A stretch of DNA of 64,000 bases, from assembly GCA_048939995.1 (NCBI GenBank), contig JBHLOY010000011.1, forward strand, positions 32,001 to 96,000. Direction: 5' to 3'. The notes beneath the pieces were generated by a model. That model was not told the origin of the DNA and ran no database searches. It was given only the letters and a program-made list of their open reading frames with translations. This DNA is from Promethearchaeota archaeon (GTDB lineage Archaea > Asgardarchaeota > Lokiarchaeia > Sigyniarchaeales > SOKP01). The position numbers were made by a program, and so were the translations under genes. Below, piece by piece: positions 20,222 to 29,344 of this stretch (positions within the stretch are counted from its first letter, which is position 1; every line of letters begins with the position of its first letter).

Positions 20222-20851
20222 TTAATGCGGAAGTTTTCCACCACAATATGGACAATATTTCCAATCTAAATCTTTTCCGCAATGAGGACAGAATATTGAT
20301 GGACCTTCTTCAGCTTTAGGTATAGATGGCAATTCTCTAGAGGTTTTAATTGTTTCAGCTCTTCTTTCTGCTTCTTCTTGCTTCTTGTAAATCATTCGTT
20401 CTTTAAACGCTTGACGTTTTTCTTCATCTAATTCTTGGTTGCCCTTCGTCGCCTCTTGCTTCACCCATCCTACAGATTGAGGTCTCTTTATTTCGCTTTG
20501 TGGAACTTTCTCTAATTCTATCTTTTTAGTTTCTTTCAGAGGAGCCATTACTTTCTTTTGTTCCTTTTTCTCAAGAGCTTGCTTTACTAATGCTTGCGTT
20601 GTTTTCATAACTTGGTGCGGATTTATATTTGGAATAGCAACAGTGCGTAAAACCCAACCTACGATGAGATTCTGATTAGGAAAGCCTCCATCTGCTACAT
20701 CTTCATCTTTATAAACATATGACTCAATAACATTTTGTCCTTTTAATAATCGTGAGGCCCACATTTTATTGATAAGCCCTAATTGAATCCTATAGGAGGT
20801 TCCGGGTATTCCCAACTGACTTGTTAATGGTTCAAAACCTTTATCTGCCAT
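20222..20851 (-). CDS. Hypothetical protein with a charged linker and C-terminal double zinc ribbon
   Basis: CPHCG...YCPYCG at the C-terminus. ATG 20851 preferred over the ORF-track TTG 20860. Confidence 0.75.
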   Translation of the reverse strand: MADKGFEPLTSQLGIPGTSYRIQLGLINKMWASRLLKGQNVIESYVYKDEDVADGGFPNQNLIVGWVLRTVAIPNINPHQVMKTTQALVKQALEKKEQKKVMAPLKETKKIELEKVPQSEIKRPQSVGWVKQEATKGNQELDEEKRQAFKERMIYKKQEEAERRAETIKTSRELPSIPKAEEGPSIFCPHCGKDLDWKYCPYCGGKLPH

Positions 20852-21058
20852 TATAATCAAATGATCTTAATTCTGTCAGAATCAGAAATAATCTGATACT
20901 TGTAATAATATAATGGTAAATTATCAATTTAAATAATTTTATGTTTTAATAGACAAAATGGATATAGATATCATTTGATTTAAGAAAAAAATAGACATAA
21001 ATATAGGTGGTAGTATAAACATATCAATTAGAAAATAAATTTATCTTATGATGTAAAA

Positions 21059-22012
21059 ATGACTGTGATCATTCCGAGAGAAGCTTATTTGACAGTTGTG
21101 GCAGCTTCGGTCAGATTTGCGAATCGAAAAATTTCCCAGAATGATTGGTTAGAGGTTAATGGAGTGTTTATTGGAGAACTTAAAGGAGATGACGTAATAA
21201 TAAAAGAAGCTTATCCTATAATGCACCAAAAATTAGACAAGACTGCAGTAATCGATAAATACGAATGGTCTGCAGAAGATAATATCTCATATACTTTAAT
21301 CGATGAAGAAGCTTTCTCAAGAGGTTTGTTCACAGTCGGCTCTTGGCATTCCCATCCCGGCTTCAAAGTAATGTTAAGCCATATTGACATTAGACACCTA
21401 GCTTTCCATCAAGGAGCAAACCCGAATTATTTTACTTTAGTATTTAATCCAAAGAGATTAATGAGACAAGTAGAAATGCCCGAAAAAAAAGGAGATCCAG
21501 AGATTCAACTAAAAGATGATCCTGGATTTAAAATTTTTAGTTTAGATGATATAAATAGGGGAATTGAAGCCTCTTATCATACAGTGCAGTATCATATAGA
21601 AGGTTATGATTCAATGGAACAGTTAGTTAATTTGAGTCAAAAATTTGTCGTTGAAATAACTAATTTATTCCCCAAGGAGAATCTCTTTAAAGTATATGAA
21701 AATTTCATTATGGAAAAAACACAAAATTTAGATTCTCTTCTTTTAGGCACTGAAGAATATCTAAATACATTGGCAAGGAAAGGAGAATCAAATCGAGTTT
21801 CTGAAGTTTTAGAGAATCAAGCAAAAGAGATTAGAAAATTCATTGCTGAAGCTTATATTAAGATTGACAATATTAAACAATTCATGAACTATTTAGAATT
21901 TAAAGAGAGAGATACTATAATCCCTAAAATAAAAGAACTCTTTTCAAAATGGGATGAGAAAATCTCCACTATTGATTTAAAATTAAATAAGTTAGCAAAA
22001 CAGTATAAATAA
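21059..22012 (+). CDS. JAMM/MPN+ metalloisopeptidase with a helical C-terminal domain
   Basis: LEVNGVFIG and GSWHSHPGFKVMLSHID. Confidence 0.85.
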   Translation: MTVIIPREAYLTVVAASVRFANRKISQNDWLEVNGVFIGELKGDDVIIKEAYPIMHQKLDKTAVIDKYEWSAEDNISYTLIDEEAFSRGLFTVGSWHSHPGFKVMLSHIDIRHLAFHQGANPNYFTLVFNPKRLMRQVEMPEKKGDPEIQLKDDPGFKIFSLDDINRGIEASYHTVQYHIEGYDSMEQLVNLSQKFVVEITNLFPKENLFKVYENFIMEKTQNLDSLLLGTEEYLNTLARKGESNRVSEVLENQAKEIRKFIAEAYIKIDNIKQFMNYLEFKERDTIIPKIKELFSKWDEKISTIDLKLNKLAKQYK

Positions 22013-22134
22013 GTTCCCAAAATTTTTAAAAACCGATTTTTAATCTAAGGATTAAAAGGAAAATCTTTATTTTGGTTGATATTATTTTTAATCAAAAGAA
22101 TGCTTAACTAAATTATTTATTATACAGAATTAAA

Positions 22135-24339
22135 ATGAAAAAGATTAATTTCCCATTTACTGCGATACTTGGTCAAGACAGGATGAAAATGGGACTCATA
22201 CTTAACGTTATTGATCCACAAATAGGTGGGATTTTATTATCAGGCCAGCAAGGAACGGGAAAGTCAACCGCGGTTAGGAGTTTAGTTGAAGTAATGCCTG
22301 AGATTGATGTTGTTAGAGATTGTGCTTTTTCATGTGATCCAAAATCAAGTATTGATGATTTGTGTGAAGAATGTCGCAAAAAAAAGGAAAAAAACAAAAT
22401 AGAAATAAATACACGCGAAATGAAGCTAGTGAACCTCCCACTTGGTGTAACAGAAGATATGGTTTGCGGTAGCCTTTCTATTGATAAAGTATTAACCGAA
22501 GGAATAAAAAGTCTTCACCCTGGGTTACTCGCTAAAGCAAACAGAGGTATTCTTTATATTGATGAAATTAATCTTTTACAAGATCATATAGTTGATACTT
22601 TATTGGATGCCGCATCATCAGGGGTAAATATTATCGAAAGGGAGGGAATTTCAGTCATGCATCCTTCAAGTTTTGTACTAGTTGGCTCAATGAACCCAGA
22701 AGAAGGCGAATTAAGACCACAAATTGCTGATCGCCTTGGATTAGAGGTCAAAATCAAAGCTCCAAGAGATCCTAAGTTAAGATCAGAAATCACACGCAGA
22801 GTAATTGAATTTGATGATAACCCAAAAGATTTTATCAAGCAATATGAAAAGGAGGAAAAAAAATTACGAGAAAAGATTAAACAAGCACGTGAAATTTTAA
22901 AGGAGGTAAAGGTTCCTTCCTCAGTTTTTGAATTTGTGTCAATGATTGTAAATGAGTTAGAAATATTTTCTCAAAGAGCAGATATTACTTTCATACGTTG
23001 TGCTAGAGCTAATGCCGCTTTCAATGGTAGGAGGGAAGTGGTTGAAGAAGATCTAAATATTGCAATGGATTTAGTCTTTGAACATAGAATCCAGTCACTA
23101 CATTATGAAATGACGCCCACAGAAATTAAAGCAAAAATTGCAGAGGTTTATGGAAAAATACAGAAAGCCTATGAGGATCCAAAAGCTTATAAACCGAATA
23201 AAAATACAGAGGGACCATTAAAACATGATGACAATATTCAAAAAGAATTTAAACGTCAGTCAGTAGATCCAAAAAAGGTGAAAATTCCAGAAACTAAAGA
23301 ACAGAAATTACCACCCCCTAAATATCCTGATAATAGAAAGAGAAATCCGGCTCCAGCAGGAGGTTGGAAAGTCAAAAATATTCCTTTTGATGAATTAGAT
23401 TTAAAATTTTTTGACAATGAAGTCGAGGATTTACCCTTAATATACAAGATGGAGCAAAAAATGAGTTCTATCTTGGACAATATCCGTAAAGAACGAAAAA
23501 TTTCCGATTATGGTGGACGTGGTATAGGAAGACGTATCAAAATATCGTCTTCTCAAAAAGGAAAGTATATATCATATCGAACTCCCGTGAATAAGCCCAA
23601 GAGTCTTGCTTTAGATGCTACCATCAGGAATTACTTAAAAAATACTATTTACAACCAAACAGATATTGAATTTCCAATAAAGTTTGATATATATGATTTG
23701 ATGGATAAAATATTTGAATATCGTTCTCCTCTTGTCTTATTTTTTGTACTCGATAGTTCAGCCTCAATGTATTATGTAATCAAACAGATGACCGATGTAA
23801 TTTTATCATTGCAAAAGGAAGGATATAGAAAACGTGATAAAATTAGTTTAATTATATTTCGAGGTAAGGAAGCAATTGTATTTGAAAAACCTACAGTTTA
23901 CTTTAAAAAAGCTTTAATAAAACTAAAAAATATCGAAGGTAAATCATATACACCTATGGCGGCTGCACTTACAAAATGTATTAAATTAATAAATGCCGAA
24001 AAATTGAAAAATAGGAATATAATCCCTGTGATTTTCATATGTTCAGATTGCGGAGCAAATATTTCTGCTAAGAATCCTGAATTAATTGCTCAGATACAGA
24101 GTGATTATACAATAATAATTAACGAGTTGAAGGAATTAACGAAATCACTGTCAAAAAAAGGGGTCCATCTTGTAGTCCTAGAACCCAAAAAGAGTTATGC
24201 TACTCAGGCCTTAGGAGTTAATACATATGCTGCCGATAAAATTAAAAAAAATTTCAAAGAGTTTGGGAAAGCACAAATTTTTCAATTTGATAAATATAAC
24301 CCAGAAAGATTAATATTAGAATTAAAACGAATATTGTAA
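22135..24339 (+). CDS. Mg/Co-chelatase ChlI/ChlD-like AAA+ ATPase fused to a vWA domain
   Basis: FPFTAILGQ, GQQGTGKST, GILYIDEINLL, MNPEEGELRPQIADR; Pro-rich linker; vWA MIDAS DSSAS plus TPMA. Confidence 0.9.
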   Translation: MKKINFPFTAILGQDRMKMGLILNVIDPQIGGILLSGQQGTGKSTAVRSLVEVMPEIDVVRDCAFSCDPKSSIDDLCEECRKKKEKNKIEINTREMKLVNLPLGVTEDMVCGSLSIDKVLTEGIKSLHPGLLAKANRGILYIDEINLLQDHIVDTLLDAASSGVNIIEREGISVMHPSSFVLVGSMNPEEGELRPQIADRLGLEVKIKAPRDPKLRSEITRRVIEFDDNPKDFIKQYEKEEKKLREKIKQAREILKEVKVPSSVFEFVSMIVNELEIFSQRADITFIRCARANAAFNGRREVVEEDLNIAMDLVFEHRIQSLHYEMTPTEIKAKIAEVYGKIQKAYEDPKAYKPNKNTEGPLKHDDNIQKEFKRQSVDPKKVKIPETKEQKLPPPKYPDNRKRNPAPAGGWKVKNIPFDELDLKFFDNEVEDLPLIYKMEQKMSSILDNIRKERKISDYGGRGIGRRIKISSSQKGKYISYRTPVNKPKSLALDATIRNYLKNTIYNQTDIEFPIKFDIYDLMDKIFEYRSPLVLFFVLDSSASMYYVIKQMTDVILSLQKEGYRKRDKISLIIFRGKEAIVFEKPTVYFKKALIKLKNIEGKSYTPMAAALTKCIKLINAEKLKNRNIIPVIFICSDCGANISAKNPELIAQIQSDYTIIINELKELTKSLSKKGVHLVVLEPKKSYATQALGVNTYAADKIKKNFKEFGKAQIFQFDKYNPERLILELKRIL

Positions 24340-24378
24340 ATATCACAAAATTTCTTAAAAGTCAAAAATTTTTATCAT

Positions 24379-25638
24379 TTGATGGAAAAGAAAGGGAACT
24401 CTGTCCTAATAGTCGGTTTTAACACTCGTCCTCTTGCTTATTCTCTCTATAAAGCTGGTTATATAGTATACGTAGTAGATTTTTTTGGGGATTTAGACTT
24501 ATTTCCTTATATTAAAGATGGTTCAATTATAATAAAAGAATTAGGGACTTCATATAAACTAATCCAAAAGAATTACCATCGCTACTTAACGGAATTTACA
24601 ATTAAGCTATTAGAGAGAAATCCTAAAATAGATAATTTAATAATTGCGAGCGGTTTAGATGATCAAATTGAAGAGCGTAATCAAATATTAAGAATAATCA
24701 GAGATAGAAATTACAAGATAAAGAATCTTAATAATGATATTATAAATATTAAAAATGCTCGCAATATCATAGAAGTAAATAAACTTTTAAAGGAAAAGGG
24801 TTACAAAGTTCCTATCACTGAACCATTTGAAAGTATAAACAAAATACCTCCTTCTATAACATTTCCTCTCATTTTTAAAAAAAGAAAGAGTTCTGGAGGT
24901 ATTAATGTGTATAAAATTGAAAATAAAGAAAAACTTATTTTTCTAATTAAAAATCTCGGGAGGAAAGAGTTTAAACCTTCGGATTGGTTAATACAAGAAT
25001 TCATTGAAGGAATTCCAGCTAGTTGTACAACAATTTCTAATGGAAATGAGACAAAAATAATTTCAATTAATCGTCAAGTTATTGGCTTAGACATTTTAAA
25101 CCCTCCTAAAGATTTTATGTATTGTGGAAATATTGTTCCTGGTAACTTCATATCAAGAGCTAAAAAATTAATTGCTGAGATATCTATTGCTTTAGCAAAT
25201 AGGTTAAGATTAAAAGGAATTAATGGGTTTGATTTCGTATTAAGAAGGCAATACCCTTACTTAATGGAAATAAATCCAAGGATTCCTGGTTCTATTAGCG
25301 CTTCAGAACATTCAATGGAACTTAATTTAATAGATTTACATATTAAAAGTTTTAATAAAAATTGTTGGAATGAAATTGTAGAGATATTAGATAACGCCAG
25401 CTACAAAAAATATGCAACTAAATTAATATATTTTGCTCCAAAAGAGGTGGATATCAATAAAATAACAAAAGTCAATCATCTCAAATACATTCACGATAAA
25501 ACTGACCCGATAAAAAGCATAATGCAAGGAGAACCAATATGTTCGATCTTATTTATAGAAAATTCATTTGCTAATTCCTTTTTTGGAGCATTAAAGATAG
25601 CAGATAATATAACTAAGATTCTATCACTTAATTATTGA
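24379..25638 (+). CDS. ATP-grasp domain protein (archaeal carboligase-like)
   Basis: VDFFGDLD, KKRKSSGG, QEFIEG, GINGFDF and MEINPRIPG. Confidence 0.8.
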   Translation: MMEKKGNSVLIVGFNTRPLAYSLYKAGYIVYVVDFFGDLDLFPYIKDGSIIIKELGTSYKLIQKNYHRYLTEFTIKLLERNPKIDNLIIASGLDDQIEERNQILRIIRDRNYKIKNLNNDIINIKNARNIIEVNKLLKEKGYKVPITEPFESINKIPPSITFPLIFKKRKSSGGINVYKIENKEKLIFLIKNLGRKEFKPSDWLIQEFIEGIPASCTTISNGNETKIISINRQVIGLDILNPPKDFMYCGNIVPGNFISRAKKLIAEISIALANRLRLKGINGFDFVLRRQYPYLMEINPRIPGSISASEHSMELNLIDLHIKSFNKNCWNEIVEILDNASYKKYATKLIYFAPKEVDINKITKVNHLKYIHDKTDPIKSIMQGEPICSILFIENSFANSFFGALKIADNITKILSLNY

Positions 25639-26358
25639 CTTAATTTTTGCTATATAAGATCCTAACTTTCTTTCGTCAGCTTCGGGTACCGCAATAGCAA
25701 GAACTCTCGTTTCATCTAATTCATGAATTATAATTGACCCATTCTCCCCACCAATTATGGAAAATTCTAAACTTGCCTCCAATAACACACTTGATAAATT
25801 ATATATCGCAGAAGTAATAGCTGAAAGGATTGGTTCGGGCATTGTCGATTGAATTTTAATTGGTAACCCATCTTTGGTTATAATTGCAATTACTAAGGCG
25901 TTCGGGATTGCTCTTTTTATAGCAACAAAAATTTCCTCTTTAATAAGATCAGAAGTTTCGATTATTGCAGAGATCTGAATCGCAAATTTTTTTAATGAAT
26001 TTATATATGAATCCAATCCTTCAAGTTCAGCTAATTCTCGGTTCAAATATGACATTAAGGCGATATTTTCGGTTAAAATCGAAACTATAATCCTCTTTTT
26101 TCCGGTAATGAGATTATAAGAGAGCCTTTGATTCAAAGAATCATGTAAAATTTTTGAGGAAAGGAAGACCATACTGCTACTTGCGGCAGAAATCTCTGTT
26201 TTGGTTAATGTTATATCTTTTTTGAATTTACTAGCAAGATGGGTTCCACCGTGAGAAGAGATGGAAATACCAAGTATCCCATGCTTTTCATCTATTTCTT
26301 TTTGAATTAATCTAATTAAATCAATTTCTAAATCATTACTTTTCGGTTCCGAACTCAT
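25624..26358 (-). CDS. Tandem (double) Roadblock/LC7 domain protein
   Basis: Two units of helix / beta-hairpin (GISISSHGG; IAIITKDGLPI) / helix (EISAASSS; ILSAITSAI) / three strands / helix. Confidence 0.75.
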   Translation of the reverse strand: MSSEPKSNDLEIDLIRLIQKEIDEKHGILGISISSHGGTHLASKFKKDITLTKTEISAASSSMVFLSSKILHDSLNQRLSYNLITGKKRIIVSILTENIALMSYLNRELAELEGLDSYINSLKKFAIQISAIIETSDLIKEEIFVAIKRAIPNALVIAIITKDGLPIKIQSTMPEPILSAITSAIYNLSSVLLEASLEFSIIGGENGSIIIHELDETRVLAIAVPEADERKLGSYIAKIKSIIK

Positions 26359-26546
26359 GATTTTATAATAAGAGTGATCGCATATAAAAATATTCCTATA
26401 GCCTTTACTTCAATCAATACTAAAGAGACTTCTGTATTCTTAAATAGAATTAATTAAAAAAATTAATTTTTCAAAATTTAACTAAGAAATATAAATGAGT
26501 TCTTTCATAATTATTTATAAATCAGATAAAAAATAGGATATAACCC

Positions 26547-27443
26547 ATGGAAAACAACGATGATCTAAATCAGAAGCACATGAATACAATACAAAAAGAA
26601 ATAGAGCTTAGGGATTTAAAATTAAAAGCGCAAGAACAAATAGTAAAAACTAAAGATGAAATGATCGAAAATTTACAAAATTCTATAAAACTTAAAGAAG
26701 ATCAAATTCAAACACTTAAGGATTCTTTAAAACTAAAATCTGAACAAGTTAATACCTTAGATAATTCAGTTAAGATTAAAGATGAAAAAATCAATACATT
26801 AGAGAAATCAATTGAATTAATAGAAAGACAATTAGAAAATTTAAGTGATACTTCGATTGATAAAAATATCCTTCTTGAACGAGACAAAATAATACAAGAT
26901 CTTGAAGAAAAGATTGAAGCACTAAGTAAGGAGCTGGCAACAGCCGATGAGGATTTAGAGGCAATGGAACAAGAAAATGAAAAGCTAAGGAATCAATTTA
27001 CTGCTGCTTCAGGAGCAAAAATCATTGATTGGACTGAAATCCAGATTCCAAAGTCAAGAATTTTAGAAAAAATGAAAGAAATCTTGATGAAAGCCTTACA
27101 TAATGTCACGATTGCTGTACCGAATATTAAGGATCTACAAAAACTCCTTTTATATGAATTAAAATCATCAGTAAACATGAAAATCTCATGTCTAATAGAT
27201 CCTAGCTTGGAAGAAGATGCAGAACTCTTAGAAGAATTTGAAAGTCTTGATAACATATCAATTCGGATGTATGAGGGCGAAGATCGATATATTTTAGATA
27301 GAGATGGTGAGGAGTTACTATTCGCTGTAATTGGAAAGAATGAGAACAATCATTTAGTGATTCATACGAAGGATCCTAAGCATCTCCGAACCTTTCGAGC
27401 ATTAATTATGGAAAGCTGGCTTCGTTCCAGAAAAATTGAATAA
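26547..27443 (+). CDS. Coiled-coil protein with a C-terminal TrmB-sensor/PLD-like alpha/beta domain
   Basis: N-terminal 14-aa periodic coiled coil (KDE.I..L..S); C-terminal VTIAVP...ISIRMY...ILDRDGEELLFA...ESW with no HKD motif. Confidence 0.6.
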   Translation: MENNDDLNQKHMNTIQKEIELRDLKLKAQEQIVKTKDEMIENLQNSIKLKEDQIQTLKDSLKLKSEQVNTLDNSVKIKDEKINTLEKSIELIERQLENLSDTSIDKNILLERDKIIQDLEEKIEALSKELATADEDLEAMEQENEKLRNQFTAASGAKIIDWTEIQIPKSRILEKMKEILMKALHNVTIAVPNIKDLQKLLLYELKSSVNMKISCLIDPSLEEDAELLEEFESLDNISIRMYEGEDRYILDRDGEELLFAVIGKNENNHLVIHTKDPKHLRTFRALIMESWLRSRKIE

Positions 27444-27473
27444 ATTACTTAGAGATCAAACTATTTATTATCA

Positions 27474-28325
27474 TCAAATTTCAACAGAAAGCATTCTCCT
27501 TTTATTAAAGTAAGCTAATTGATTATATCCAATCTTTTTAACTAATTTAATAATATTTCTAAATTCAAATCCTAACTCGTCTGGATGGTGTGCGTCTGAA
27601 CCAAGTAATATTGGGATATCTAACTCATACATTTTTCTCAAAATAGTTTCGCTTGGATATTGTTCTTTAATTGGCTTTCTTAAACCACTAGTATTTATCT
27701 CGATTACTAGATCTTCTTTCTTTACAAGTTCTAAAGTTTTTAATACTTGATTTTCTATTAATTCTGAAATTACAGGTCTTCTATTAAACTTTTTTGGTAA
27801 ATCTAAATGACTTATTATATTAAAGTTAAAATCAGGTGAGTTAACCATATTTTGTAAAGTTGTATAATAATCTAAATATAAATCTTCTATACTACCATAG
27901 AGATCATAGTTTTTTAAAAACCTACTATCATCAAACGCAAAAAAGCCTGTTTTTCCTTCAAGTATATGGACAGATCCCAATATATAATCTAGTCTTTCAA
28001 TATATTGATTAAGATACTTTTTATGAGCATCAGCTTGAAGTTGTATGAAATCTAGCTCAAAACCAATCTTTATTTCAATTTCTTCCTCATAATTGGATTT
28101 TAATCTTTCAATGGTTGAAATATACATCTCAATTTCATCTAATGGCATCCCGTATTCTTCATAAGGTATTCCTTCAATCCCTTGCAAGAATTCATACGGA
28201 AAATGGTCACTAAATCCGATTAGATCCAAGTTTAATGCAATTGCCCTTCTTGCATAATCATCGAGTATTCCTGTAGCATGCCTACAGAGTGAATTATGTG
28301 TATGCCAATCTTGCAAAAGACTCAT
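27474..28325 (-). CDS. hisK: Histidinol-phosphatase, PHP family
   Basis: DWHTHNSLCRHA, GFSDH, GSVH, SHLD, EINTSG and GSDAHHP. Confidence 0.85.
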   Translation of the reverse strand: MSLLQDWHTHNSLCRHATGILDDYARRAIALNLDLIGFSDHFPYEFLQGIEGIPYEEYGMPLDEIEMYISTIERLKSNYEEEIEIKIGFELDFIQLQADAHKKYLNQYIERLDYILGSVHILEGKTGFFAFDDSRFLKNYDLYGSIEDLYLDYYTTLQNMVNSPDFNFNIISHLDLPKKFNRRPVISELIENQVLKTLELVKKEDLVIEINTSGLRKPIKEQYPSETILRKMYELDIPILLGSDAHHPDELGFEFRNIIKLVKKIGYNQLAYFNKRRMLSVEI

Positions 28326-28387
28326 TATTTGACACTATTAAATAAATAAGATAAAACTTATTATTACTAAATAAAGGTGTAAAATAT

Positions 28388-29197
28388 TTGGAATTTAAAG
28401 AAAAGCAATATGATGGACCTTATGAAGTTTCAGAGGTCGAAATTGATAATAAAAGGCAAATCTTCAGAGGAATTCTTTATTACCCCCCAAAATCTTTCAA
28501 GAAACCTTATCCATTAATAATTTATTTTCATGATTTTCCTCAACTCTTCACTCTAAAAGAACTAGTAATAGAACACCAATATTTATTAGATTTAGGTTTT
28601 GCATTTCTTGTTTTCAACTTTCGAGGTTATAGACATAGTGAGGGTACAATATCGATCGAATCTCAAGCCTCTGATTCAATAAAAGTTACTGAATTTGTGC
28701 GAGTTATGTCAGAACATGGAAATTTTGATATAAATAACATTAATATTTTAGCGAAAGGTTTTGGAAGTTATATTGCGTTAATTCTATGCTCACAAACCAC
28801 TTTTACAAATAAAATTTTATTATTATGTCCAATCTTGGATTTAGAAAAGCACGTATATAGCGAGAATTTTGCACACTCTCTTAACTATATTAACCGTTTT
28901 CTTCCTGGTAACATTCAAGGAATTGAAAATGTTGATCAATTTATTGAAATCACTAAGATAGAATTAAAGGACAAAAATTACAATATTTACAGTTTTATCG
29001 ATTCTGTTCAATTCAATAAGTTAAAAATAATTCTCGGAGAAGCAGATAAAATTACTCCTTTAAGCGAAGTTAAAGATATATTGAAAAATCATTTGAAAGA
29101 TGTTGAATTAGTGATTATTAGAAACATGGAACATGATTGTGTTGATGATAATAATTTCACTAGAATAAATAAAGAAATAAAATTTTTTTTCCAATAA
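28388..29197 (+). CDS. Alpha/beta-hydrolase-fold protein lacking the nucleophile Ser
   Basis: FNFRGYRHSEG, GEADKITP and MEH retained; the nucleophile elbow reads AKGFG instead of GxSxG. Confidence 0.75.
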   Translation: MEFKEKQYDGPYEVSEVEIDNKRQIFRGILYYPPKSFKKPYPLIIYFHDFPQLFTLKELVIEHQYLLDLGFAFLVFNFRGYRHSEGTISIESQASDSIKVTEFVRVMSEHGNFDINNINILAKGFGSYIALILCSQTTFTNKILLLCPILDLEKHVYSENFAHSLNYINRFLPGNIQGIENVDQFIEITKIELKDKNYNIYSFIDSVQFNKLKIILGEADKITPLSEVKDILKNHLKDVELVIIRNMEHDCVDDNNFTRINKEIKFFFQ

Positions 29198-29344
29198 ATT
29201 GCCCTTATATAAAAATCATTAAAATATAAATTAAATCTCAAATTATGTTTATTTTTATGTATAACGCAAAATTTTTTAAGATTAGAAAAAAATCCTATTA
29301 CTTAACATCAATAAGAATAATATATTTTTAGGGTGCGATAAAAG

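Noticed and set aside
22135-24339. Evidence for chlorophyll biosynthesis
   Set aside because: ChlI/ChlD-like AAA+-vWA proteins are widespread in non-phototrophic archaea, and there are no other tetrapyrrole genes here.
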